Under the pieces are notes generated by a model, which worked only from the letters and a program-made list of their open reading frames with translations, was not told the origin of the DNA and did no database searches. From an uncultured Gammaproteobacteria bacterium (GTDB taxonomy: Bacteria; Patescibacteriota; Microgenomatia; 2-02-FULL-39-11), in assembly GCA_964520615.1 (NCBI GenBank), contig CAZFNL010000011.1:1123-65122 (forward strand): DNA of 64,000 nucleotides. The letters are read 5' to 3'. The position numbers and the translations under genes are program-made. Below are positions 28,040 to 37,709 of this stretch, one piece after another. How positions within the stretch are numbered: position 1 is the stretch's first letter; each line of letters opens with the position of its first letter.

Positions 28040-28320
28040 CAAGATAGTAAAATCATGCGGGGACAAGTATCTGGAGATTGCAAAATCGAAGGTGAAGCCG
28101 CCCAGCAAGTCCCGAAATATATTGAGGGAGAAGATGCGGAAAGAAACCCTTCTTCAAACGGAAGGATAAGTAGAATCCGACGGGTATGCCCGTGACAGCT
28201 GGAATAAGTAGTTGTTAGTAAGTAGTCAGGAAACATATTCAATAATTAACCAATAACTAACAACTAAAGTAAGGTGGTACCGTGACGATCTCACCCTTTG
28301 ACAAAGGTGGGATTTTTTTG
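28040..28320 (+). ncRNA. Candidate T-box riboswitch leader upstream of alaS
   Basis: AAGGTGGTACCGTGACG at 28271-28287 matches the T-box consensus (AGGGTGGNACCGCG). Immediately followed by a terminator hairpin (CACCCTTTG-ACA-AAGGTGGG) and TTTTTTT at 28291-28319. GCC/GCU triplets are present in the upstream stem region. Confidence 0.45.
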
Positions 28321-28401
28321 TGAGAGTAGAAGATACAAAGTGAGTCGTACTCTCACGTATGGTGAGGAGAGAAGCGACGAATCCATTTTGTAGGTTAGTT
28401 A

Positions 28402-30297
28402 ATGAATATTTTACCAGAGACTGATGTTATAAATGTTACAATTCAATTAAATAAACATATGACTCACACTGATTTGCGCAAAAAATTCATCAGGTTTTTT
28501 ACTTCATCTCCACGCAATCACAAGGAAATTCCTTCTGCCCCCCTTGTCCCGGAGAATGATCCGACAGTCCTTTTTATCACAGCCGGCATGCATCCCCTGG
28601 TTCCCTATCTTATGGGAGAAACCCATCCACTGGGACGGAGACTGGTAGATGTGCAAAAATCCATGCGTACTGACGACATCGAGGAAGTAGGAGACCTGCG
28701 CCACTTTACTTTTTTTGAAATGTTGGGTAATTGGAGCCTGGGCGATTATTTCAAAAAGGAAGCAATCAGCTGGTCTTTTGAATTTCTGACTTCTCCCAAA
28801 TGGCTGCATCTTGACCCATCCAAAATTTACATATCTGTATTTGAAGGAGACAGTGATGCGCCCCGCGACGACGAGTCTATCGGTTTCTGGCAAGAGGCTT
28901 TTGGAAAAGCAGGCATAGAAGCAAAAGTGGGTAACCCCAGAGACGATGTGACACTGGGAGGCAGGATATTTCCCTATCCCAAAAGCAAGAACTGGTGGGG
29001 ACCGGCAGGCACCACCGGACCATGCGGTCCTGATACGGAGATGTTTTTTGACACGGGCCTGTCTGTGCATAATCCAGAAATATATGGTCCGGTTTGCCAC
29101 ATCAATTGTGACTGCGGACGTTTTGTAGAAATTTGGAATGACGTCTTCATGCAATATAATAAAAAACCTGACGGAAGTTTTGAACCGCTGCAGCAAAAGA
29201 ATGTTGATACCGGAATGGGTATGGAGAGGTTAACGGCAATTCTGGAATGGTTTGAAGGGAAAATTCCCGATCCGGACCCTTTTCGGACAGAACTTTTTAA
29301 CCCAGTGACGGAAACTATAAATAAAGTCTATTTCCAAAAATACGGCGGGGAAAATACTAAATCTCTACGGATTATCGCAGATCACATCCGAGCGGCAGTT
29401 TTCATCATTTCAGACGGTGTTGTACCCAGCAATAAGGAAAGAGGTTATGTTCTGCGAAAACTCATTAGGCGCACCGTGAGGCATCTCCAGCTTATTGGAG
29501 TTAAAAATCCTTTTATAAGCCCCTTAGCAATGGCTATGATAGAGACCTATAAGTCAGATTATCCTGAATTGTCCCAAAACAAGAAACTCATAAAAGAAAC
29601 AATGGAACAAGAAGAGACAAAATTCTTGGCTACCCTCAGTCGCGGTCTGAAAGAAATAGAAAAACATTCTATCCTGACCGGAAAAATCGCTTTTGACATA
29701 TACCAAAGCTATGGTTTTCCCTGGGAGATGACGGCAGAAATTGCCCGCGAGAAAGGCCAACAGATTGATCAGGCACAGTTTGAGTCGGAATTTAAAAAAC
29801 ATCAGGAATTATCACGTACAGCTACAAAAGGCGTATTTAAGGGAGGATTACAGGATCACTCGGAAACCACGACTCGCCTCCATACTGCTACTCACCTTCT
29901 CCAGGAAGCTTTACGAGAAGTCCTAGGAGACCACGTCAGGCAAAAAGGCAGCCACATCACAGCTGAGCGTCTGCGTTTTGACTTTTCCCATCCCGCTAAG
30001 ATGACACCTGAAGAGGTAAAAAAAACCGAGGATCTGGTAAATGCACAAATCAAAAAAAATCTTCCCGTAAGCATAAAAGTAATCGACCTGAAAGAAGCTA
30101 CAAATGAAGGCGCGCTCACTGTTCCCGGCGTAAATTATCCTGAAAAAGTAAAAGTATATACCATCGGCAATTTTTCCCGAGAAGTCTGTGGAGGACCGCA
30201 TGTCGACTTTACAGGAAAGATGGGAACGTTTAAGATAATAAAAGAAGAGGCGGCCTCTGCAAACGTTCGCAGAGTCTATGCAATCCTCACTATCTAA
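28402..30297 (+). CDS. alaS: Alanine--tRNA ligase, short form lacking the C-terminal C-Ala domain
   Basis: FITAGMHP, RHFTFFEMLGNWSLGDYFK (class II motifs), and the editing-domain motifs HTATHLL / CGGPHV. At 631 aa versus ~870, the C-Ala domain is missing. Likely true start is the M at 28459. Confidence 0.85.
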   Translation: MNILPETDVINVTIQLNKHMTHTDLRKKFIRFFTSSPRNHKEIPSAPLVPENDPTVLFITAGMHPLVPYLMGETHPLGRRLVDVQKSMRTDDIEEVGDLRHFTFFEMLGNWSLGDYFKKEAISWSFEFLTSPKWLHLDPSKIYISVFEGDSDAPRDDESIGFWQEAFGKAGIEAKVGNPRDDVTLGGRIFPYPKSKNWWGPAGTTGPCGPDTEMFFDTGLSVHNPEIYGPVCHINCDCGRFVEIWNDVFMQYNKKPDGSFEPLQQKNVDTGMGMERLTAILEWFEGKIPDPDPFRTELFNPVTETINKVYFQKYGGENTKSLRIIADHIRAAVFIISDGVVPSNKERGYVLRKLIRRTVRHLQLIGVKNPFISPLAMAMIETYKSDYPELSQNKKLIKETMEQEETKFLATLSRGLKEIEKHSILTGKIAFDIYQSYGFPWEMTAEIAREKGQQIDQAQFESEFKKHQELSRTATKGVFKGGLQDHSETTTRLHTATHLLQEALREVLGDHVRQKGSHITAERLRFDFSHPAKMTPEEVKKTEDLVNAQIKKNLPVSIKVIDLKEATNEGALTVPGVNYPEKVKVYTIGNFSREVCGGPHVDFTGKMGTFKIIKEEAASANVRRVYAILTI

Positions 30298-30300
30298 ATA

Positions 30301-32508
30301 ATGTCCCTAGTCAATAAATTCCTGCAAAAAAAAGTAGAAAAAGAATACTTCATAGTCCTCGGCATTGAAGAACACCGCATCTGTGCTGCCGTGGCTGAAA
30401 TTGAAGCCGCTATGGTAAGGATAATCGGAACCGGTGAGAGTGAATATGCAACCGTAGGCAGCGAAATAGAAGCCACTGATATTGCCATTTCCACTGCAGA
30501 AAAAAGTGTCCCTGAAAATATATTCGTCAAAAAGACAATTTTTGGCGTCCCAGTATCGTTTATGCAAAACGGTGAGATAAAACCTGAATATATGGAAAGG
30601 GTACAAAAAATATCCAAAGAACTTGACCTGTCTCCCCAAGGATATATCGAGTATCCCCAGGCAATCTCCAGCTTTTTGGAAGCAAAAGAAGAAACACCTC
30701 CTACTCTTCTTCTACTATCCATCGGAAGGAATCATCTTACTCTATCACATCTTCGAGTGGGTAAAGTGGAAAAAAATATTGTTGTCGAAAGGTCTTCATC
30801 TTTATCAGAAGACTTCAATAGTATACTTTCCCATTTCGAGTCAGAAATTCTGCCTTCAAAAATAGTCATGTATGACGAAGTAAAAGGACCACTCCTTGAG
30901 GACATGAGGGAAGAACTGCTGAATTTTCCCTGGCACAAACAGGCTTCTTTTATGCATACGCCCAAAATAGAAATTATGGAACCAAGCGCTATCACAACAG
31001 CCCTGGTTGAGACAGCAGCCAGTAAATTCATCAGAAGCGATCTTAAAGTAATCTCTCAAGATGAGGAAAAATCAGAAAGTACAGCAAACGTCAATTCAAA
31101 AGAAGAAACTGAAAAAGAAAATGAGAGTTATACAAGTGAAACTCCTACAGTAAAAAGATTGGTTGAAAAAGAAAACCATAGTGAAGAAGAAGCTTTTGGT
31201 TTTGTAAAGAATAAAGACATCAGGAAAACAGAAGAACTGGAAAATATCTCCACTCCTGTCGACCTGAAAACAGAATTGTTTGGCGGGAAATTTGAGGAAG
31301 CACAAAAACCCGTCAGGAAATTCATACCCAATACGCCCAATATACCATTGCGCCTTCCACCTATATCCTTGAGCCTGGCGCCAGCACTCGGGGTTTTATT
31401 GGCCCTTATACTTATTGTCTTTGTGGGCTATTTTCTTGTCTGGAATTATCCTCAAAGTGACGTCAATCTTATCGTCTATCCTCTCAAGTCTTCCCAGACA
31501 ATGGGTGTAGTCTTTACCACAGACAATACCCGAACCAACCTAGACAATAACATCATCCTCGCTTCCACCATATCCCAAGAAATTTCCGACCAGAAGACTG
31601 TCGAGACTACAGGAAAAACCAAAGTGGGCAATCCGGCAAAAGGTGATGTGACGATATACAACAAAACTCTTGATGCCAAGACTTTCCCAAAAGGTACTGT
31701 TTTAACCAACGGATCGCTAAAATTTACACTGGATAATGATACCACTATCGCTTCTGCTTCAGACACAGGGGAAGGGCTGACTTATGGGAAAACCACGACA
31801 AGCGTCACAGCCGTTGATATAGGACCAGAAGGTAACCTGGGTGCTGACAGTAATTTTACCATAAAGGACTTCCCAGGAACATCATACTATGCCAAAAATA
31901 CAAGCAATTTTTCAGGCGGCACCAGCCGGGATGTATCAAGCGTCTCTAAAGAGGATCAGGATAATCTTTTCTCCTCGCTTTCCCAGGATCTTGAAGGTCA
32001 GGCGAAGCAAAAAATGCTTCAGCAAATTGGATCTGATGAAAAACTGCTTGACGGATCTATAGAAAATACAGTCGTCTCCCAAAAATTCAGCAACGACGTC
32101 AATACAGAAGCCAAAGAATTGACGCTGACGCTTGACATGAAAGTCAATGCGCTTGTTTACAAACAGAAAGACCTGACTACTCTTGCCAAAACTGACCTTT
32201 TCCAGCCACCCCAGGGATATACTATCAATAATTCACAAAATCAGATAAAGATCGAACAGGCACAAGTAGAGAAAAACGGGGATACACAGGCGACCGCCGT
32301 CATAACAGCCAACTTTATCCCCAAATTTGACACATCACTACTTAAATCGCAAATTGCCGGAAAATCTTTTCAAACCGCCAGCAACACGTTATCAAAAATC
32401 AATAATATCGGGGGTATAGAAATTATCAAAGAAAACAACCTTCCTCTATGGGGAAATAGGCTTCCTCTAAACGGGAATAATATCAATATCAATCTCGTCA
32501 TTCGATAA
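30301..32508 (+). CDS. Membrane protein with N-terminal FtsA/PilM-like (actin-fold-like) cytoplasmic domain, single TM, and large extracellular domain; hypothetical
   Basis: N-terminus (YFIVLGIEEHRICAAVAEIE...IIGTGESEY) resembles the FtsA/PilM phosphate-1 region. TM at ~aa 355-375 and a 360-aa Ser/Thr/Asn-rich ectodomain. Lies 4 nt upstream of the sortase gene. Confidence 0.4.
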   Translation: MSLVNKFLQKKVEKEYFIVLGIEEHRICAAVAEIEAAMVRIIGTGESEYATVGSEIEATDIAISTAEKSVPENIFVKKTIFGVPVSFMQNGEIKPEYMERVQKISKELDLSPQGYIEYPQAISSFLEAKEETPPTLLLLSIGRNHLTLSHLRVGKVEKNIVVERSSSLSEDFNSILSHFESEILPSKIVMYDEVKGPLLEDMREELLNFPWHKQASFMHTPKIEIMEPSAITTALVETAASKFIRSDLKVISQDEEKSESTANVNSKEETEKENESYTSETPTVKRLVEKENHSEEEAFGFVKNKDIRKTEELENISTPVDLKTELFGGKFEEAQKPVRKFIPNTPNIPLRLPPISLSLAPALGVLLALILIVFVGYFLVWNYPQSDVNLIVYPLKSSQTMGVVFTTDNTRTNLDNNIILASTISQEISDQKTVETTGKTKVGNPAKGDVTIYNKTLDAKTFPKGTVLTNGSLKFTLDNDTTIASASDTGEGLTYGKTTTSVTAVDIGPEGNLGADSNFTIKDFPGTSYYAKNTSNFSGGTSRDVSSVSKEDQDNLFSSLSQDLEGQAKQKMLQQIGSDEKLLDGSIENTVVSQKFSNDVNTEAKELTLTLDMKVNALVYKQKDLTTLAKTDLFQPPQGYTINNSQNQIKIEQAQVEKNGDTQATAVITANFIPKFDTSLLKSQIAGKSFQTASNTLSKINNIGGIEIIKENNLPLWGNRLPLNGNNININLVIR

Positions 32509-32511
32509 CAC

Positions 32512-33222
32512 ATGCCATTGTACTCATATACTAAATCCCATGGTAAATCCCGCGGGAAAAAAATAATCTCTTTCATATCTGCAATACTGATCCTTACCGG
32601 ACTTGCAGTCGTCGGTTGGACAGTCTATCCTATCGCCACATATGAAATATTTTATGCGCCCAAATTTGAAAATTCTGTAAATCCGGTACCTATGGAAATT
32701 GTAAAAAACACGATTGCCGACAACATACCTGCAGTATTGGGAGCCCAAAACGCTGATTACACCAGAGCAAGCGCCTGGTTCCCTAAAGCCAACAATATCA
32801 AACTCAGCAATTCCAATACGTCGTATTTTGTTTCTATACCCAAAGTAAATATCCAAAATGCTACAGTCCTTCTGGGTAACGATGATCTTAACAAAAGCCT
32901 GGTACAGTTTGCCGGGCCACTACCTGGAAACTATGGCAATCCAGTCATTTTCGGACATTCTACTCTACTCTGGTTTTATAATCCCAAAGATTACCGGACT
33001 ATCTTTTCTGAATTACCGCAATTAAACATTGGTGACGATATATACATCAGTCTGGAAAACATCAGCTATCATTACAAGGTTTTCCAGATGAAAGTCGTCT
33101 GGCCTGACAATCTCTCTGTATTGGATCAGACATATGACGATGAATATCTGACTCTTATCACTTGTGTGCCGCCTGGAACTTTCTATAAACGTCTTGTAGT
33201 CAGTGCCAGACTAGTCAGATAA
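32512..33222 (+). CDS. Sortase-family transpeptidase (second copy)
   Basis: N-terminal TM, catalytic His in IFGHSTLLWF, YLTLITCVPPGT (TLxTC Cys) and Arg in KRLVVSARLV. Confidence 0.75.
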   Translation: MPLYSYTKSHGKSRGKKIISFISAILILTGLAVVGWTVYPIATYEIFYAPKFENSVNPVPMEIVKNTIADNIPAVLGAQNADYTRASAWFPKANNIKLSNSNTSYFVSIPKVNIQNATVLLGNDDLNKSLVQFAGPLPGNYGNPVIFGHSTLLWFYNPKDYRTIFSELPQLNIGDDIYISLENISYHYKVFQMKVVWPDNLSVLDQTYDDEYLTLITCVPPGTFYKRLVVSARLVR

Positions 33223-33416
33223 TAATATTTCTGAAATATTTTTATAAACACAATAACGACAACAGAGTTGAACTCCGATATAATGATTGGATCAGGACAA
33301 ATCCATTTACAAGATGACCGCTGTTATATAAGAAACGATATGATACAAAGGGACTCAAATTTGACATTAAGTCGGGAGCAATCCCCTAGATTATTAATTC
33401 ACTTTTATCAAAAAAT

Positions 33417-34700
33417 ATGAAAACACAAAAACAGGCCGAAAACGAGGAATCTATGAAGGCAATAGATGCCATAAAGAAAAAATTGCTGGGAAAAAAACTT
33501 TCATACAAGGAAATTTTTTCACTTATGGATGAGGTGGCACACGAAAAGTTGGGACCAGTACTTACTACATACTTTGTAGCCGCAGGATTCAAGGAGGGTT
33601 TTTCCAACCAGGAGCTTTTCTATCTTACAAAAGCAATGGCTGATACCGGGACCAAACTGAAATTCAAAGGAATAGTAGCTGATAAACACTCCACTGGCGG
33701 GCTGGCAGGAACAAGAACTACCATGATTCTTGTACCAATCATCGCTGCCGCTGGATATAAGATACCCAAAAACTCATCCCGCGCCATCACTACTCCTGCC
33801 GGAACCGCCGATACTATGGAAGTATTGGCTCCTGTCACTTTCCACCCGGAAAAGATCCAAAAAATAGTGGAAAAAGTCGGCGGTTGTATCGTCTGGGGAG
33901 GACATTTGGGCCTGGCTCCGGCTGATGATGTCATAATTAGAGTCGAGACACCTTTGGCTTTTGAATCTTTTGATAAAATAATTGTTTCCATCATGGCAAA
34001 AAAAATTGCTTCAGGAGCAACGCACCTTGTCCTAGATATCCCCGTAGGGTCAACCCTGAAAGTAAAGCATTTTAAGGATGCGGAAATAATTGCCGCCAAA
34101 TTCCATTTCCTAGCTAAGAAATTTAATATAAAATTGACTGCGGATGTCAATGAAGCTTTGGAACCGGCAGGTCATGCCGTCGGACCTGTGCTTGAAGCCC
34201 ATGACGTCCTCAAAGTTTTGGAACAAAGACCTGACAGGCCATTTATTCTGGAAGCCAAAGCTCTACGCCTAGCTGGGAAACTACTAGATCTTTGCATGTC
34301 TGATCCCAGAGAAAAAAAAGAAAAGCAGACAAACGGCGAAGATCTGGCCAGACAAATTCTCAAAAGCGGCGGCGCCATAAAAAAGATGAGAGAGATCATA
34401 AAAGCACAGGGAGGCAATCCTGATATCGGCATTCCCGATCTGAAACTGGGATCAAATAAATATGAATTTCCCAGCCCAAAGCATGGCACCGTCACGTCTT
34501 TTAATAATGAGGATTTGACTGTAATCGCTAAAATTCTTGGCTGTCCTTATGACAAAAAAGCTGGCATTTATATTGAGAGACGCATCGATGAAAGAGTAGA
34601 CAAGAATGATATACTATGTGTGCTCTATTCATCTGACAAATGGAGACTAAGCGAGGCCAAAGAGACACTGAAACAAGTACCTATTTATAAGATTGAGTAA
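33417..34700 (+). CDS. Pyrimidine-nucleoside (thymidine) phosphorylase-family protein, possibly AMP phosphorylase
   Basis: DKHSTGG motif and TTPAGTADTMEVLA (glycosyltransferase family 3 / DeoA). The 427-aa length fits this family. Confidence 0.75.
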   Translation: MKTQKQAENEESMKAIDAIKKKLLGKKLSYKEIFSLMDEVAHEKLGPVLTTYFVAAGFKEGFSNQELFYLTKAMADTGTKLKFKGIVADKHSTGGLAGTRTTMILVPIIAAAGYKIPKNSSRAITTPAGTADTMEVLAPVTFHPEKIQKIVEKVGGCIVWGGHLGLAPADDVIIRVETPLAFESFDKIIVSIMAKKIASGATHLVLDIPVGSTLKVKHFKDAEIIAAKFHFLAKKFNIKLTADVNEALEPAGHAVGPVLEAHDVLKVLEQRPDRPFILEAKALRLAGKLLDLCMSDPREKKEKQTNGEDLARQILKSGGAIKKMREIIKAQGGNPDIGIPDLKLGSNKYEFPSPKHGTVTSFNNEDLTVIAKILGCPYDKKAGIYIERRIDERVDKNDILCVLYSSDKWRLSEAKETLKQVPIYKIE

Positions 34701-34771
34701 AAAAGAAATGTTATTTTTCCAGTATAGGAATTTTTGATGTTATCTGTGCGATAACTGGTGCAGGAGAAAAA

Positions 34772-34984
34772 ATGTTCAGAAATATTATTTCTCCAGTACA
34801 AGCCTGGCTCATGTCACAAGGCCGATGTGTTGGGTGCGGCACTGCTCTGTCGGGAAGCGGTAAAGGGAAAAAGACTGGAGAAGAACAGGAGATAACCTGC
34901 AGGAAATGCGGCAGGATATTTTTACGAAACAGAAAAACAGGGCGGTATCGCAGGGCGCCGATTTCTTCTTCACTTAAAAAATGA
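34772..34984 (+). CDS. Small zinc-ribbon protein, hypothetical
   Basis: CVGCG...CRKCG (two CxxC pairs) in a basic 70-aa protein. Confidence 0.35.
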   Translation: MFRNIISPVQAWLMSQGRCVGCGTALSGSGKGKKTGEEQEITCRKCGRIFLRNRKTGRYRRAPISSSLKK

Positions 34985-35946
34985 AACAGAGATTAATTAT
35001 ACTATTTCTGATACTTGTTATCATCGGAATGTCAATCCTTCTTTGGTGGAACCAGGCAATAAAACCCTCTGATCCACAGAATGTACAAAACGCCACCTTC
35101 ACCATTTCAAGAGGAGAAAATGTCAGGGATATTGCCGAAAGATTGCAAAAAGATAACCTGATAAGGTCATCCGTAGCATTTTTCCTTATAGCAAGGTTCG
35201 GAGGCTTGGCACAAAATATCCAGTCTGGTGATTTTAAGTTAAACCCGGCTATGGATCTTTTTACGGTAGCAAATACTTTGACACATGGAACCACAGACGT
35301 CAGAATCACTATTCCAGAAGGTTGGCGGGACGAGGAAATATCTCTGGAATTGACCAAAGAACTAAATATACCTGAATCTGAATTTTTGAAAGTGGCCAAC
35401 GAAGGATTTATGTTCCCTGATACCTATATGCTGCCCAAAAATGCTTCTGCTTCCACAGTCGTTAGACTTATGCAATCAAACTTCCATAAAAAGGTCAAAG
35501 GGGATATCATATCGAAAGCACAAGTAAAGGGATTATCATTAAATGACCTTATCACTGTCGCGTCGCTGGTGGAAAGAGAAGCAAAATTACCCAAGGACCG
35601 GCCTTTGGTAGCGAGCGTCATATTAAATAGGCTCAAAATAGGTATGAAACTGGATATTGACGCAACAGTCCAATATGCACTGGGTTATCAACCGGCAAAC
35701 CAGAGCTGGTGGAAAAAAGATTTGACCCAGGAGGATCTGCAAATTGACTCCCCTTACAATACATATCTTAACCCTGGTCTTCCACCAGGCCCGATAGCCA
35801 ATCCTGGCCTAGCAGCAATAGAAGCGGTGGCCAATGCGCCCCAAACAGATTATCTTTTCTATGTCTCAGATAAAAGCGGGAAACTCCACTTTGCCACTTC
35901 CGAAGAAGGACACAACTCCAACATCACAAAATACATAAATAATTGA
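34981..35946 (+). CDS. mltG: Endolytic murein transglycosylase MltG (YceG family)
   Basis: N-terminal TM, TIPEGWRDEEI, and YNTYLNPGLPPGPIANPG (YceG signature region). Confidence 0.8.
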   Translation: MKQRLIILFLILVIIGMSILLWWNQAIKPSDPQNVQNATFTISRGENVRDIAERLQKDNLIRSSVAFFLIARFGGLAQNIQSGDFKLNPAMDLFTVANTLTHGTTDVRITIPEGWRDEEISLELTKELNIPESEFLKVANEGFMFPDTYMLPKNASASTVVRLMQSNFHKKVKGDIISKAQVKGLSLNDLITVASLVEREAKLPKDRPLVASVILNRLKIGMKLDIDATVQYALGYQPANQSWWKKDLTQEDLQIDSPYNTYLNPGLPPGPIANPGLAAIEAVANAPQTDYLFYVSDKSGKLHFATSEEGHNSNITKYINN

Positions 35947-35950
35947 TTTA

Positions 35951-36550
35951 TCACAATTCCAAACTACGCCACAAGATTCTGCATGCATAACTTCTGTATG
36001 GCGACCACTTTTTGCTGAATTCTTCCGCTCTTTTTATAGTCACTTCCTCCTCAAGTTTGTATAATTTCTTTATGGCTTTGCGCAAACCCAAATCTCCTGG
36101 TGAAAAAATATCTTCTTTTCCAAGAGAGAAAATAAGAAACATTTCAACTGTCCATGAACCTATTCCTTTTATTTTCGTCAGCCTTTGACGAATTTCCATT
36201 TCTTTATACTTCCCTATTTTATTCAAATCCAGTCGGCCACTAACTATTTCCTTGGCAACTCCTTTCATAAAATTTATTTTTGAACGAGAGGGACCAGTCT
36301 GTCTTATTTTTCCGTCACCCAGTTTTAATAACTTCTCAGCAGTCACCAAGCCTCGGGGGAAAAGTTTACTGAAACGCGCAAATATTGTCGCGCTGGCCTT
36401 ATCCGATAGTTGTTGGTTTATGATAATTTCGCAAAGATGGGAAAAGTAATCACGGTTTGTGGAGATTTCGGAAAGAGGACGGATTTTTCCTATGACAGAA
36501 AAAAGGTCTGGGTCAATTTTCCTAAAATGTTCAATTATTTTTTTATCCAT
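35951..36550 (-). CDS. HhH-GPD family DNA glycosylase (AlkA/3-methyladenine glycosylase II-like)
   Basis: IKGIGSWTVEMFLIFSLGKEDIFSPGDLGLRKA, a helix-hairpin-helix with a Gly/Pro...Asp loop. Confidence 0.65.
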   Translation of the reverse strand: MDKKIIEHFRKIDPDLFSVIGKIRPLSEISTNRDYFSHLCEIIINQQLSDKASATIFARFSKLFPRGLVTAEKLLKLGDGKIRQTGPSRSKINFMKGVAKEIVSGRLDLNKIGKYKEMEIRQRLTKIKGIGSWTVEMFLIFSLGKEDIFSPGDLGLRKAIKKLYKLEEEVTIKRAEEFSKKWSPYRSYACRILWRSLEL

Positions 36551-36622
36551 TAACTATCTATTACGATTTTTAGAAAAGGATGGGCGGCGGGCGTCTAGTT
36601 TAAACAATCTTTCTCTATTTGG

Positions 36623-37525
36623 CTAAAACCAGCCTTTCTTTTCCTTGCCTTCCTTATTAAATTGCTGCAGTAATTCTTTTTGCCGTCCGGAAAGCTTTGT
36701 GGGAACCAACACCTTTAACCTGACATAGTGGTCTCCCCGTCCGCTACCCCGCACATGAGGTACTCCTTTCCCCCTAAGTCTTATAAGAGTACCGGGCTGT
36801 GTCCCCGGTTGCACCTTGAGATTCAACGGCCCATCTATAGTTGGTACGGAAATTACATCACCCAAAGCCGCCTGGCCGAAACTCACCTCTGCATCAGAAA
36901 TAAGATCATAACCTTCTCTTCTGAATCTTGAATCTTGCTGTACCTCGACTATGATATCATAATCGGAAAAACGGATACGTGTTTCATTGTCTACCCCTGC
37001 CGGGATTTTGATTTTTTGGGATTTCCCTTCTATCTCCACTTCTTTCTCCGTACCCTTGACCGCCTCCATAAAATCTATCGTTAACTGGTAAACAGACCGT
37101 CTTTTTGTTCTCTGTCTGCCACTAAATGGTGATCCGCCGAAAAACTGTTCAAATATCTCAAAGGGATCGGAAAAACCGCCGAAATCCACTCCCTCAAAGG
37201 GAGAACCTCCGCCGTAAGAGCTGTAAGTATAGGTAAAAGGACCGTATCTTCCTGTCTGTTGTCCGCCAAAAGGCCCTTGTCCTGCCGCACCAAAACCGCT
37301 TCCAGGAGCAAAAGCCGACTCACCATACTGGTCATACGCCTCTTTCTTCTTGGGATCGGAAAGCACTTCATATGCTTTATTTATTTCCTTGAATTTTTCA
37401 GTTGCTTCAGCACTTTTGTTTCTATCTGGATGCCACTCTAAAGCAAGTTTTCTATAGGCACGTTTTATCTCTGCCTCTGAAGCTCCTTTTTGCACGCCCA
37501 AAATCTCGTAAAAATTCTTGGCCAT
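36623..37525 (-). CDS. dnaJ: DnaJ-family co-chaperone (J-domain + G/F region, no CxxCxGxG zinc finger; class B/CbpA-like)
   Basis: [31 protein letters not shown] with the HPD motif, a Gly/Phe-rich linker, and C-terminal substrate-binding domains. Confidence 0.8.
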   Translation of the reverse strand: MAKNFYEILGVQKGASEAEIKRAYRKLALEWHPDRNKSAEATEKFKEINKAYEVLSDPKKKEAYDQYGESAFAPGSGFGAAGQGPFGGQQTGRYGPFTYTYSSYGGGSPFEGVDFGGFSDPFEIFEQFFGGSPFSGRQRTKRRSVYQLTIDFMEAVKGTEKEVEIEGKSQKIKIPAGVDNETRIRFSDYDIIVEVQQDSRFRREGYDLISDAEVSFGQAALGDVISVPTIDGPLNLKVQPGTQPGTLIRLRGKGVPHVRGSGRGDHYVRLKVLVPTKLSGRQKELLQQFNKEGKEKKGWF

Positions 37526-37709
37526 AATCTCTTATTTTATCAAAAAAAGCGCTAAACGCGCTTTGAATAAATCTTAATCGTGTTTTAACCTAGAGAATTA
37601 ATGCATCACGCCACACAACCCAACTAAACCATCTTAAACTTTATATAAAAATTATATTATCTCTTTACACAAATATTTAGTCCGATCTTGCAACTCACAA
37701 CCAGTAAAA

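Noticed and set aside
27854-28195. ORFs 27854-28108 (-) and 28004-28195 (+) upstream of alaS
   Set aside because: They overlap the predicted alaS promoter and T-box leader and have hydrophobic or junk-like translations. The region is better explained as a regulatory leader. The 84-aa minus ORF remains a minor possibility because a terminator follows it.
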